NCBI GenBank assembly: GCA_013239625.1
Contig: MU056050.1
Span: 4,140,084-4,204,083 of the forward strand
Source: Lama guanicoe
Taxonomy: Eukaryota
Reading direction: 5' to 3'
Length of the DNA: 64,000 nt
Made by a program: the position numbers and the translations under genes
Shown here: piece after piece, positions 41,286-54,289 of the stretch
Position numbering within the stretch: position 1 is the stretch's first letter
How the letters are laid out: each line of letters opens with the position of its first letter
Notes under the pieces: model-generated
What the model saw: the letters and a program-made list of their open reading frames with translations, nothing else
Database searches by the model: none
What the model was told of the DNA's origin: nothing

Positions 41286-42114
41286 AAACATTTTACCCAG
41301 GTGACTTTCATCATAGCTGAAGCACACTTTCAGTTTTGACTTACTTTATTTTAACCATTTGGGGCAAGAGTCTTTCTAAACTCTATTTCACACTCTTGAG
41401 CTTGCTTTACAGAGGAAACAATGCACATAAATTCAACACTTCCCTAATGGCATCAAGTCCTCTGCTTTAGCATCAATTATTACAGTATTTATGAGAACTA
41501 AAGAGGCTATTGGTAAATGTAGAGATGTTTGTTGGAGTTGTCCGCTTAATGGATTAGAATTTTTAAGTAACTCATTTGATTTAGTTTTAGCTCTTTTTTG
41601 GGGGGGGGGGTCTCCTGAGTTGGTATAATAGGTTCTGGCACCCTCTTCATTCCCTTCAAATTTGGTACTTATAATCTAGGAATACCATGCAAAATTCATT
41701 AGACTTGTGTCTAAAGTAAAAGTAAGTATAGTCTAAGTACAGGCCAATAAGACTTGGTTATTTGTGAAGCACAAGAATCATAGTGCTTGGATTCCAGCTC
41801 ATGTGTATGAGTTGACACACATCTAGAGGTATTTGGTTGGACGTCTTAACTGCGTTATTCAATTGATTAAGAGATAAGACAGCCTTAATTCCCTAAACTA
41901 ATATAACACATGTTAAAAAAAAACACTGGGGGAAAAATAGAAAACAAGTTGGTAGTCATTGCATTTTACATCATTACATGGACTGAAAGAGTATCTAAAA
42001 TAACTCTATTAATATTATTAAATTATTAAACTGTATTCAGTCTCTTCTCTCTGGGAAGAACTAAAATTAAGCCTCAAATTAGACTTAGTCTCAAAAAGCT
42101 GGAAAATCATCGCA

Positions 42115-42320
42115 AATAGTAGTTACTATTTATTGAGCGCTTACTATGTATACTGGTCATTATTTTAAGTGCTTCAGATTCATCCCTTCCTTTATCTCAA
42201 AGGCCCAATGAGCTGGGTGCTATCATTATCCTGATTTTAGAAGTAAGGCAATGGAGGCACAGCAAGGTAAATCACTTGTCCAAGATCAAATAGCTTATAA
42301 GTGGTGAAGACAACACTTAA
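42115..42320 (-). mobile_element. MIR SINE
   Basis: TATTTATTGAGCGCTTACTATGT..GAGGCACAG..CACTTGTCCAAGATCA. Confidence 0.75.
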
Positions 42321-43193
42321 ACTTTTAGGTTTATTAAATCACATTGAGCTGAAGTTTACCATTGAGTTTCCATAATGAAGAGCCTGTTTGAGCAAACTAA
42401 ATTAAAAGTGTGAATAAAACAGAAAGAAAAATATTTAACCTACTTAAAATGAAAGTAAGTTGTCCTAAATGTATTATTAATTTGCAAGTAAACAGGTCAA
42501 TTATAGCTGAGTCTTGTCTGTTTCTTTAACTAAGATTTTATAGGGCTTATATGTAAAACTTAAATCAAAACAGTTTGATATAGGTACCTTAAAGGTGTAT
42601 GTATATTTCTATATGTCTATATATATATGTGTATATGTACATATATTTCATTCCATATTGCTATAATTCAGTCTTTCTCACTAATTCAAACAAGCTTTAG
42701 CTTGAATTATTCAATCTAAGTAGGATTCTAGTATGCACCATCCTTCACTTAAAGGAGTCCTTCTCATTACTGAGAATAATCTTTTCTTGAACTTTATTGA
42801 GGTATAATTGCACACAATAAAATGCATCCATGTTAACTACACAGTTAATGTTTTAACAAATGTAATTATTGGTAATGTCTTGACACCAAAATTAGATATA
42901 ATCAGGAAGCCATTCTTGCGAATAAATAAAATTGCATTTCTGTTATTCAGGTGTTAATAAAAGCTATCAATCACACAATAACCATCAAAAACTTTAAGCA
43001 TCTTGAGGTTCCATGAGATAGTATTGTTCAGTTTTGTGCTGCTATTATTCTCTGAGGAAAGAATGTATGCAGTATGATTCCAGAAGAGGAGAGAGGACAC
43101 TAATGTATTCCAAGGTCCTCAAACCCTGTTAGGTATTTGAGAATGAAATCCAGAGATTAACGATGAAGTCTTTCCTTAAAAGTTACTTGCAGA

Positions 43194-44367
43194 GGCATCT
43201 AAATTGGAACAGAAGAAGTAAAATTATCTCTGTTTGCAGATGACATGATCTTTTATGTAGAAAACTCTAAATATCCCACAAAAAACTAATGCCAGAACTA
43301 ATACATGAATTCAGCAAAGTAGCAGAATATAAAATTGACACTCAAAAATCATGTGCCATTTCTATACACTAACAATGAATAATCCAAAAATGAAATTAAG
43401 AAATAATTCAATTTACAAAAGCATCAAAAAGAATAAAATACTTAGGAATAAACTTAACCAAGGAGGCTAAAACACTAATAAACTAAAAACTACAAAATTA
43501 CAAAATATTGCCAAAAGAAATTTAAAAGGCACAAATAAATGGAAAAACATCTGTGTGCATGGATCGGAAGACAATATTGTTAAGATGTCAACACTACCCA
43601 AAGTGATTTACAGATTTAATGTAATCCCTCTCAAAATCCCAATGACAGTTTTTGCAGAAGTAGAAAAACCCACTCTAAATCTCAACTGGAATCTCAAGGG
43701 CCCTTAAATAGCCAACCAATTTTGACAAAGAATAACAAAGTTGGAGTTCTCTCACATCCTGATTTCAAAACTTGCTACAGAGCTACCATAGTTAATACAG
43801 TGATACTGTCATAAAGACAGATATATAGACCAATGGAATAGAATATAGACCCCATAAATAAACCCTTGCATATATGGTCAAATGATTTTCAGCAAGAGTG
43901 CTAAGACCATTCAATGGGGAAAGACAGTCTTTTCTGACAAATAGTGTTGGGAAAAATGATATCCACAAGTAAAAGAATGAAATTGGGCATAGATAAGTAT
44001 ACACCACATAGAAAAATTAACTGAAAATGGATGAGAGACATATATGTAAGTGCTGAAACTATAAAGCTCTTAGAAGAAAACAGTGGAAAAGCTTCATATC
44101 ATTTGATTTGGCAATGACTTCATAGATATGACACCAAAAGCAGAGCCAACAAACACAATAAATAAGTTGGAATTCATCAAAATTAAAAACTTCTGTGCAT
44201 TAAAGAACACTGTCAACAGAGTTAAAAGTTAATCCATGAAATGAGAAAAAATATTTGCAAACCATGTATCTGAAAATATACTTAATGCCATAGAACCGTA
44301 CACCTAAAATGGTTAAAATTTAAATTTTATGTTATGTATACTTTACTACAATAAAAAATAAATTTAG
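43194..44367 (+). mobile_element. L1MB-like element, 5'-truncated and internally deleted; TSD AAAGTTACTTGCAGA at 43179-43193 and 44368-44382
   Basis: CTGTTTGCAGATGACATGATC (LFADDMI) and downstream ORF2, jumping at about 44273 to the terminal 3' UTR; exact 15-bp TSD. Confidence 0.9.
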
Positions 44368-45094
44368 AAAGTTACTTGCAGACAAACAGAGAATGACATC
44401 AGGATCAGTTCCAAGCTTTGTCACCTATCAAACTATGTAATCTTAGGCAAGTGGCTTGTACAAGAAACTTTATTTCTCTGAATTGATTTACTTGTGAAAT
44501 TAGAATCTTATTAGCACTCTCCTCATAGGCTGTTTTCAGCATTAAATGAGTGAAAGTACAGTGTCTAGCACATTGTTTGTTACAAGAATGTTTGATAATT
44601 AGTTTTTGTCCTTCTTGTTACTGCTCTTGGTGGTGCTCTCAGGGACTGACATATACACACTTTCCTAAGAGGACCTCAAGGGAAATGGAAAATATTTTTC
44701 AATGTTAGGAGCATTAAAGAGACTTTAGTCAATGTATCCTGAAGCCTCTATGTTGTCTTCTTCTGATAGTCTAAGGGAAACATTGGCAGATGTTGCTGAC
44801 TAACTGGATATTGGAAGCACTGAAGAGAAGCTGCCTACACTCATTATTGAAGAAAATGCTCAATTAGAAGTTAGTCAAAAAATATTTACTATTTCCTTTT
44901 CTATACCCACAAGTTCTTTGAATTCACGTTAAAAACCATCCAGATAAAGAAAAGGAACAATGATACCTAGATATAGGAGAGAAGAGAGATTAAATAATTA
45001 AAAGTAATTTCAAGCTTTGTTCCTGACTAATTGGCAGCTTTAGTTGGTTCTCTGTAGACAGAGGTAGAGTCTTCAAAAAGGCTACTAAACTTAG

Positions 45095-45408
45095 TACTAC
45101 TGTCTGAATGTTTGTGTCCCTCAAAATTCATGTTAAAATCCTAATCTCACAAATAAGGACACAGCCCTCTGAATGGAATTAATTTCCTTATAAAAGAGAC
45201 CCCAGAGAGATCCCTTGCCCCTTCCCTTATGTGAGGACACAGAAATTGGCAGTCTGGAACCCAAAAGAGGGTCTTTGTCAGAACCTGCCCATGCTAGTAC
45301 CCTGATCTTAGACTTCTGGCCTCCAAAACTGTGAAAAATACATTTCTGTTGTTTATGAGCTTCCATGTCTGGGATATTTTGTTATAGCAGCCTGAAAAGA
45401 CTAAGATA
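45095..45408 (+). mobile_element. MaLR solo LTR (MLT1A-like); 5-bp TSD CTTAG at 45090-45094 and 45409-45413
   Basis: CTGAATGTTTGTGTCCCTCAAAATTCATGTT start; GATCTTAGACTTCTGGCCTCCAAAACTGTGA; TTTTGTTATAGCAGCCTGAAAAGACTAAGATA end. Confidence 0.88.
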
Positions 45409-46183
45409 CTTAGGGACAAAGAGATGACACATAAGAACTTCCCATGGGACAGAAATGTGAGACTGGAAGTGCTGGCAAGACATAGACTAGAGGTAAACAT
45501 CAGAAAATAATTGCCATATATATATAAGAATTGAAGTATCTGAATGGTCAGCATTCATTAGCAGGAGAGTAGAGCTGTGCAGCATATAATACTTTAAGAT
45601 ATGCAGGAGTCAGAGTGTTCCATTTGCAACAATGAAAAAATTGGCTGGAAAAGTTATTGCCTCTTCATGAGGAGACTGAACAAGATGATCTATAAGTTTC
45701 CTGCCATTTTTTATTTTATAGTATTCTGAGCTTTAGAGAAAATTGAGGCTAGAACATGTCAATGCTCATGTTAAGAAGAAAGATCAGGCAATAAAACAAA
45801 CAGCTAAGATGTGGTCACAGGAGTGGGAAGAGAACCAAGATGGTTTAGGGTTTAAGAGGAGCAGAAAGGAGGGAGTTTGATAAAGAAGGATAAAGTTACA
45901 GCAATGAATGCATGATAGCAGAATAAAGTAAATTTGTATTGTTCTTCATATGTGCTGATCAATGGATCAATGTCAGTCTGTGCAGAGATCTTCTTACACA
46001 TTGCCTGGTTCTGAATTTGGTCTTATCTTGGTCAACATTTATATCTGTAATTTCAGTGAGCAAACAGAATCCAGATTATCTGCAGGTAACACAAACCTGG
46101 AGTGATAGCGAGATGTTAGATGATAGACTAGAGTCACAAAGTTCTCAAGATCCTCTGATTAGGTGATGAAAAGAGATACTTTT

Positions 46184-46358
46184 TGTTTGTTTCCTCACCA
46201 TGTCTTTATTATTACTATCATTGTTTCGTGATAAGAACATTTAACATGAGATCTACCCTCTTAGAAATCTGAAAGTGTACAATACAGTATTGGTAACTAT
46301 AGGCTCTCTAATGTATAGTAGATCTCTAGGACTTACTCATCCAACTGAAATTTTGTAT
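46184..46358 (-). mobile_element. Short L1M 3' fragment; TSD TGAAA(A/G)GAGATACTTTT at 46167-46183 and 46359-46375
   Basis: TAAGAACATTTAACATGAGATCTACCCTCTTA..GTGTACAATACAGTATT; 17-bp TSD with one mismatch. Confidence 0.8.
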
Positions 46359-46765
46359 TGAAAGGAGATACTTTTATACACATTTGCATCAGGGGCTAGA
46401 GTGATGGACTAAAAATTAAAGGCGAAAAATAGTAATAACAATTTCAGAGAGAAAATGTAAAAAAGTGAAAAAGAAAGATAAAAAATATCAATATCATGTA
46501 TTTTGGTTGGGGAGGCCTGGCTTGACAGCAGTCTCTGTGCAAAAGACCTGGGGTTCAAAAACACAAACTGATCAGTCAGTGCCATCCTTGGCTATACTGA
46601 TAAATATGTAGTGTCCAGACTCTAGGGGGTGTTGGGCATCAGTCCACTCTCCGAATGGTTTGGACCTCTCTGCAGTGAAGTGCTCAATCATGGACAGACA
46701 CAGGTTCTAGAAGGGACATTTGACAAGGGTGGTGAGAATGGTGAAGGGAACACGGTGGTACCAGT

Positions 46766-47685
46766 TGTTATGGGTTCAATTGTTTCTCCTCACCAAAAAG
46801 ACATACAAGCATACCTTGGAGATATCGTGGGTTTGGTTCCAGAGCACTGTGATAAAGCAAATTTCACAATAAGGTGAGTCACCTGAATTTTTTGATTTCC
46901 CAGTGCCCATAAAAGTTATGTTTACACTATACTGTAGTCTCCTAAGGGTACAATAGCATTATGTCTAAAAAAAAGATGTACATACCTTAATTAAAAATAC
47001 TTTGCTACTAAAAAATGCTAACCATCATCTGAGCCTTCAGCAAGTTGTAAGATCAAAGATCGCTGACCACAGATCACCACAACAAATATAATAATAATGA
47101 AAAAATCTGAAATATTGTGAGAATTACCAAAATGTGAAACACAGACACGAAATGAGCAAATGCTGTTGGAAAAATGCCGCTGTCAGGCTTGCTCGACTCA
47201 GGGTTGCCACAAACCTTCAGTTTGTAAAAAGCGCAATTATCTGCAGAGCGGAATAAAATGAGATTTGCCTGGATTGAAGTCCTAACCCCCCCCCCATATC
47301 TCAGAATGTAACTTATTTGAAGGAGGGATCCTTACATCAAGTTAAAATGAGGTCATTAGGGTGGGCCCTAGTCCAATGTGACTGGTGTCCTTACAAAAAG
47401 GGAAAATAAAACACACATAGAGGGAAAATGATGTGAAGAGGTCATCTTGCAAAGATGGAAGCAAAAATTGGTATGATGCTTCCAAAGTGAAGAGACTTCT
47501 GGGATCTTAAAGAAGCTGTAAGAAGTAAGGGAGGATCCTTACCTACAGGTTTCAGGAGTATGGCTCTGCCAATGCTTTGATTTCAGACATATTGCCTCCA
47601 AGGTTGTGAGTAAATAAATTTCTGCTTTTATAAGTCACCAGTTTGTGGTACTTTATGATGGCAGCCTTAGGAACCTAATCAAACA
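46766..47685 (+). mobile_element. MaLR solo LTR (MLT1C-like) interrupted by a Tigger element
   Basis: TGTTATGGGTTCAATTGT start; resumes TTGAAGTCCTAACCCC..GTTAAAATGAGGTCATTAGGGTGGGCCCTA; ends TTTGTGGTACTTTATGATGGCAGCCTTAGGAACCTAAT. Confidence 0.85.
46806..47271 (-). mobile_element. Internally deleted Tigger1 derivative (TcMar DNA transposon)
   Basis: TA|CAAGCATACCTTGGAGATAT left end and ATAAAATGAGATTTGCCTG right end (imperfect TIRs); CAGGGTTGCCACAAACCTTCAGTTTGTAAAAA is the Tigger1 5' end in reverse. Confidence 0.88.
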
Positions 47686-49328
47686 ATTAAGAATAGTTGG
47701 GGATCTGAGGGAACAGCAGCTTAGAGGATAGAAGGATTGTGATGACTGCCCTTCAGTATTTTTAGTCAAAGATTCTTAGTAGCAGTTCTGGTCCAGAAAA
47801 AGAAAATTACGACTTCAGAAAAATAAAGAAAAAAAGGTAAAATCTTTAGTTTTCTGCACTAGGAGTTATTTTTGCCTCAAGGGTTCAAGAAGAGTAGAAT
47901 TTAAGAACTGATTGCCAATTAGCACAGGGACTTATTGATTGGTTTGGTTTGTTTTTTCATCTTCACCCTCTTTTCTGTATATGGTTTCCTTTATTATATA
48001 TCCTGTGTTTATGCCACTGACATGTTCATACTGGTATATATATACACAGCATAATAATTTTTAAAAATATTTATCATTTTTCCTCAGTTAGATGCATTTA
48101 TTTATTTTCTACTTCTATAAGAAAAATAAGAAATTATATTCACACAGTTCTGGTTTTAGGGAACAAGGCACAAACAAAGGATGCTCTGTACATAGCTGTA
48201 AACCTGTGGCAGCATTAAACACATTCAGTAGTTCCACACATTTGAGTAGTTACAATTTGAGTCTGTTTAGCTCTGGCTGATGCATTTTAAAAAATTTCCT
48301 AGGTGAATAAGGAATCCAGGGAAAAGCAGGCAGGCAGCCAGTCAGCAAGCCGGTGACATCCATGAAATACTTGTTCATCTTGGCAGTTTTTCTGGCACTG
48401 GGCTTGTCTTCTGAGACTAGGTGTCTGATTGACAGGTATTCTTTTGATGTAACCAATGAATGAGATGCCATTGGTAGCGACTGTCATTAATTCTTGGCTA
48501 ATTAATATACCCACCCAACCATTGATTTCTGTGAGAAAACCTGTAGGGCCTCTGGACCTGGAGGTAGAGTAGGTAGAGATAAAGTAATGAGGGTGGTTTT
48601 CTTAAAGAACATTGGAGAATTCAAACACACAAGTGATTGTTAGACCATTCAAAACAGTTGCCTTGGAAGGTTAATCTGGATACTCCACATTTTTTTAAAA
48701 ATGCATACATTCTTGGATATTGTCAAGCTATGCTGAAAGGAAGCAAATCCCATGAAGACCATTCCAGTGTACAGTGTATAACTTTGAAAGGCCTGAGAGG
48801 TACAAAGGAGGTTGTTTTGCCCTTCTAGGCCCACTGTCTGAGAACAAACTGAGAGACTTATAGAAATAGTCTCAAGATGCCATGACGCTCTCTAGTCACT
48901 CCGTCTGGCAGAGTAGTTGACCTCAGTAGTCGGTCTGCATCATTGCCTGCAGTCCCTACCAAGGGGAGGTGGAAGGCTGGGGGCCCAGCTATGTGGCTGG
49001 GAAGGGAGGCTGGCTTCTGAGGCTGGCCCTGGGCTCTGAGGAGGTGAGGCTGCGCCTTGGCTTGAAAGAGTGCAGGGGCTGAGTTTGTAGCACTGGGGAG
49101 TAGGGGTGTAGATTGTCAACAGGGTAGGAAGAAATAGGCTGCAATAAGAAGGGCTAGAGGGGAGGGGAGAAGGGCAGAGTTTGGGGGAAATGCTTCCACT
49201 AAGTCGGGGGGGCTGGGTATGAGAAGGACTTGCAAGCTGCTGGGGGTAGGGGTGGGGAAAAGGGAGATGGGAGCCCGCTCACCCCAGGGGATGGGGCCGG
49301 GGAATAAAAAGAAAAGAAAGAGTCTCTG

Positions 49329-49515
49329 CAGTGGTTTCCAGGCATTTCAGGCCTGGTGAAGACGATCAGTTGGAATGTAGGAAGAAAATATTGAATTGAT
49401 ATTTAATTTTAATCTTTTAAAAACATATTTTTGTGGAGCTTTGTGATGTACTTAATAATTAGTATGCTTAGTATATGTGTATAACTTATAAGTGAATGAA
49501 ATGCTTATATTGAGT
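49329..49515. mobile_element. Charlie4-like hAT relic
   Basis: CAGTGGTTTCCA..GACGATCAGTTGGAATGTAGGAAGAAAATATT; related to 62118-62400. Confidence 0.55.
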
Positions 49516-51324
49516 TTTAAGTTCATTTGTAAAATATGGAAAATAGTAATACGTAATTCATAGGATTGTGTCAAGATCAGATGGGTTAATACATGCCACA
49601 CACTTATAAGAGTGCCTAGAAGATACAAGCACTATGTAAGAGTTAGCTATTATTATTATTATAGGGTTCAGTTGCAGGAGATTTGGTGAGCTCAGCTTCC
49701 AGGAGTAAAAGAAGAGAGTGGTACTCAGTAAACATTAGCTGTTATTATTATTGAAATAATTTCTAAACAGTTTCTAGCCTCCAAATCCTATTGAAATGAT
49801 AGCAAAAATATAAAATAAGATTATGTCAATAACACTAGAAAACTGGGGAGGTGGCATTAATGAACCAGAAGCTCTGAGAAATATCTATGTATTACGAATT
49901 AGCTGAGACCAAGCTGAAAGTGAAAACAGGGCAAAGGAACTACAACACAGCGCACTCGAAACAGAGACTGATAGAAAATGAGTTTTCCCAGGAGAATCTG
50001 GGCTAAACTCAAAATTAGGGTCAGAAATAATTAGGCATGACGGCATAGATAGCTTATGGGTATGGTCAAGGGGCTAATTAGTTTTAGAAATGCTAGAGGT
50101 TGGGGGAGGTCCCTTTCCTACAGAATATGCCATAAGCTCCCTTGCTTCAAAGCAAGGTCCTGGGCATACTAGAGGGAGGTGCCTGTCAGAGTATACCCCT
50201 CTCACTCATTGAATCACATGGCCAGCAAGTCTCAACTCCAATTCACTACTAGTGAAAAAGTTAAGATCGTAAGTGCTAGGAAAACCCACTCCAGCTATGA
50301 AATGTGGTCAAATAAGACCTTCATTTGTGAAAATGAGCAGAGAATCAAGATTCATCACACTTTTGAAGAGAAACAGCAGAAATAAAAGAAGGCAGATATT
50401 GATCAGAGAAACCAATCCCGAAGCAAACCAAGTTACTGAATAAATAAAACAGATGAGAACTCTTAAAATCATTAATGGGTCCTTAAAGGCAGGAGCATAT
50501 TGAGTTCTAAAATGGGATTCTATGTTAATGAAACAAACAGAAAACTCTAAATGATTATGGTAAACTAAAAACATGATAGCTGATATTTTGAAAATCAGTT
50601 TGAGAGCTGAACTGGCAGAATGGGCATCCTCGACTCCTAAGTTTATGGTCTAGAAGACTGTACCAGAGGATTGTCCTGGGGTGCACTGCAGAAAGATAAT
50701 GACTAAAATTATATTTTTAAAGAGAAAACTGAAGAAACATGAAAAGTATATTTTAAACAAAAAAAAAGGGAGAAGAAGAAAAAGAAAATGGAGAGGAGGG
50801 AAGGGGAAGGAAGGGAAGAAATTAGTTTTCTCGAAAGACTTTCTTCTTTTGGCTTCTAAGAAAATACTGTCCTCCACTTACTTTATTGGTTATTCCTCTG
50901 TCTCACCCTCTTCCTAACCTTTGATATTGAGATAGCCTAGGTCTCAAACTTCTGTCTTCTCTTCTCTATCTAAACTCATGCCTTAGATGACTTAATCCAG
51001 TTCCAGGAATTTAAATACCATATACATGTGGATGACTTCTAACTTTATATCTTAACCCATATTTCCTCCCTGAACTCACATATTTTGTTGCCCATATAAT
51101 ATGTGTACTTGAAGGTATAATGGACATAGAATAATTCACATGGCCATGTTCCTGAACTTAGTAAGTGACTGAGTTCATTTACTCAGTTGATTAGGCCCCA
51201 AGCCTGGAAGTCACTATTGACTCTTTTTTTTTCTTACCTCCCCAAAACCAAACTTTCAGCAAATCTAGTGAAGTCTACCTTCAAAATTTATCCAAAATTG
51301 TCTACTTTCCCTGCCTCAAATATG

Positions 51325-53090
51325 GATCCATGCATTTCTTTAAGAAGCCCTGGTTCCTTTCAGTGGGGGAATGTAATTTAAGCACTAAGTAAGACCTTGT
51401 TACTCTTTGCTGCTGGGGTGTCACTGCTCTTTGGCTTCTTCAGTGAACAGAGCTAAGAAGTGCCCCATTCCATATTTGTATTTCCTTTATTCCTCAGTGA
51501 GGATCCTGCTTCCCAATAATATCAATATTTTCTGTATCCTAGAATATACACAGTTTCAGAATAATAAACCAAAACAAGTTCTGAAAACAAACATCAGTAA
51601 ACATCAAGATTTCTTTATATATATTTTTTTGTGTTTAGACTATATCCCTGCCAGTGTACAGCCAGAGTATTAATTTAAATATTACTTGAATTAAAAATTT
51701 TTTCTTGATGTGCTTATGTTATTTATTTGATATTACTATTATGATCTTTTTAAAAATTGGTTTTAATTTGAGTCTGATATATTCATCTTCTTGATTTAAT
51801 TTTATTATTTGAATTTTTAAAGCATTTATATGTTATAAAAATCAAAACTATGTAAGAAGATATACTCAGAAAAGTTTTCCTTCCATCTCTCCACTCTCCA
51901 CCCTAATCTTATAAGTTATTTTCATCAGTTTCCAGACCATCCTGTGTTTCTTTTTGAAAAAGAAAATCTTGTGACAGAAGGTTAAGGATGCATTAAAAAA
52001 ATAATGGAGTTATGTCAAATGGACACAGGAAGCAGTTTGAAGTGTCTCCCACTGGATACATTTGAGATAATTTGGGCATCAAGAAGAGTAATGATGACAA
52101 TAAATTGAGATTAAAAATAATGAGTCCATAGTAGAAGTCTTGGGAGTGGATGAGGAAGACACAAAGAGAAAATTTCTTTGCTGAAGGATGACAGCTAATA
52201 ATGTAGAAGGAATAATGGGATTAGAAGATCACTTTTATGTAGCCCCTTGTGTAATGACTAATTTGTGAAAAGATCATGATTGGATGATGAAACTATTCAA
52301 TGAAATGTTGTTAGTAAACAGGATATTCACATGGTCTAAAAATGTTACATATAGCATGCTTACTAGTTACACGGGGGAAAATGTCCCCTTTACAATGGAG
52401 AGAATTAGCAGTCAGTACTTTAACCAAGTGTTCATGATTAGATTCTGTTTTTAAGATGGCCTGACATTTATGTACCTTCTGATGTTATATAGCAGGAAGT
52501 ACACAGTATCACCTATGAGGTGTTCTAGCAGGAAATTTCTGACCTGAACATAATCACATGTTAGAGGAGTCCAGAATGTCTGTAGGACAACTGGCCTGGA
52601 CTCTTTATAATATTCAATGCCATGAGAAACAGAAGGAAGTAGAGGAACTTTATCTAGATCCGGGGAGAACAAAGAAACATTAGAATCAAATGCCACGTGT
52701 GAAATTTGTGCAGATCCTGGATTGAAAAATGTAAATGAAAGTGAAAATCTATGAAGTACATTTTTGGACAATTAGGATAATTTAGGATAAAAAGTGTTTT
52801 TGAATTACTGTTGACTTTCTTTGGTTAGATAATACTGCTGTAGCTGTATAGGGGATGATCTTTGCTGTTGGGAGATGCATGGTGAAGTAGTGTTTAATGA
52901 TGTTGTGTCATGGTGTCTGCAGCCTATTTTTGGATGGTTTAACAAAGAAGGAAGTGTGTGTGTGTGTAGAGGAAAAGAAAAAATTGCAAAATGTATATCA
53001 AAATGTCACAGCTGCTGAATCTAGATGAATGGTGTATGGGTATTCACTGTACTTTCAAGTATTCTTTGGGGTTGAACATTTGTAAGCAAA
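51325..53090. mobile_element. L1MC-like 3' region fragments in both orientations, lying inside an L2 (about 50860-51320 and 53100-53340)
   Basis: AAGAAGCCCTGGTTCCTTTCAGTGGGG (antisense L1MC); GGAGTTATGTCAAATGGACACAGGAAGCAG and GGACAACTGGCCTGGACTCTT (sense). Confidence 0.65.
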
Positions 53091-53848
53091 TAAGTAAAGC
53101 AATATATCCAGCATCCAACAATTTTCACTGTTTTCAATGCCAGCATTTAGCCCAAACCACTGTCATTCAAAAGGTAAGTTATTGCAGTAGCCTCCAATCT
53201 GGTGTCCTGCCTGTATCTCAAGTTTTTTACACACCAGTAGAAGTGCTCCATTTAAAATGTAAGTCACATATGTCAGTTCTCCTGTCAAAGACCTCTGGTG
53301 GCTTTCTAACAATAAAAGTCAAAGTCAATACCATGCACCCCCCAGTACTTTTAAATTTTACTTTTTTCAGTAATGGTCCTTAAGACACAGAAAGATTGAT
53401 GGGACTTTAAACATTACTTTGGCTTGCTGGTGTCTTTGCGTGTGTGTGTGTGTATGTATGTGTGTGTTTACATATTGATGAGGAGGAGATGAGCTATGTT
53501 AAATCCTCAACTTTTTAGTAAGAGTCAGTCATTTCAGCACAATTTTAGGTAAGGTAGTAAAAATGTGGAAGCAGCAACCCCATAAATCTCCAGAAAGATA
53601 TGAGACAGCCATGTTACTTCCAAATGGCCAGCCAGCTGGTTAGAACTAAGTAATCCTCACTGATGATTGTAGATTATAGAAGCAGATTATAAAAGCAGAG
53701 ATAGGCTAATTAGCAATAGACCTATCTTCGCCTTAATCCTTCCTCCAAACTTAAAAGTTCATTCCGCTTTCAAACTTGCCAAGCAGTCATAAAAGTGGGA
53801 GTGGGAATGGGGTGAGATGTAGTCTGAAAGGCCTTAAAAACAATTCCC

Positions 53849-53990
53849 AGCAGGGAGGGTATAGCTCAGCGGTAGAGTGCATGCCTAGCATGCACGAAGT
53901 GCTGGCTTTAATCCCCAGTAACTGCAGTAAAATAAAGAAATAAACAAACGAAACTAATTACCTTCCCCCTCCCAAAAAAACATTAAAAAA
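53849..53990 (+). mobile_element. tRNA-Ala-derived SINE (camelid vic-1 type); partial TSD CAATTCCC at 53841-53848 and 53994-54001
   Basis: GGGAGGGTATAGCTCAGCGGTAGAGTGCATGCCTAGCATGCACGA..AACTAATTACCTTCCCC plus A tail; same family as 25449-25625. Confidence 0.88.
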
Positions 53991-54289
53991 ACCCAATTCC
54001 CTTTCTCGCCTCACCAAGGCCCAGTTTCATTTAGGTACATTCCACCAATTTGCCCTTTATTTAGCTTCAAAGCTGTTACATAGCTATTTTATAAATGTTC
54101 CTCTGTGCTAAACTCCATTTGTGCAACTAGGGTAGGCCACACAGAATTTTCTAGCTAATATTGTTCATAATTTTCTTTCCCATTAAGGCAGCATAAACTT
54201 TTGAATCAAACATACTTGATTACAGATCTGTTCCTTATTGACTGTATAGCCTTGTATAGTCCTTATCTACAAAGAGAGATCGGTATACT

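Noticed and set aside
48250..48471. Resemblance of LTGCLPAFPWIPY to the RTL8/sushi gag-like motif LTGPALQWVIPY
   Set aside because: Only a few residues match, with a gap, and the rest of the ORF shows no similarity.
48640..48700. Minus frame ..FQGNCFEWS resembling the DCAF12L C-terminus [10 protein letters not shown]
   Set aside because: Too short and the upstream residues do not match; cannot call a pseudogene without a significant alignment.
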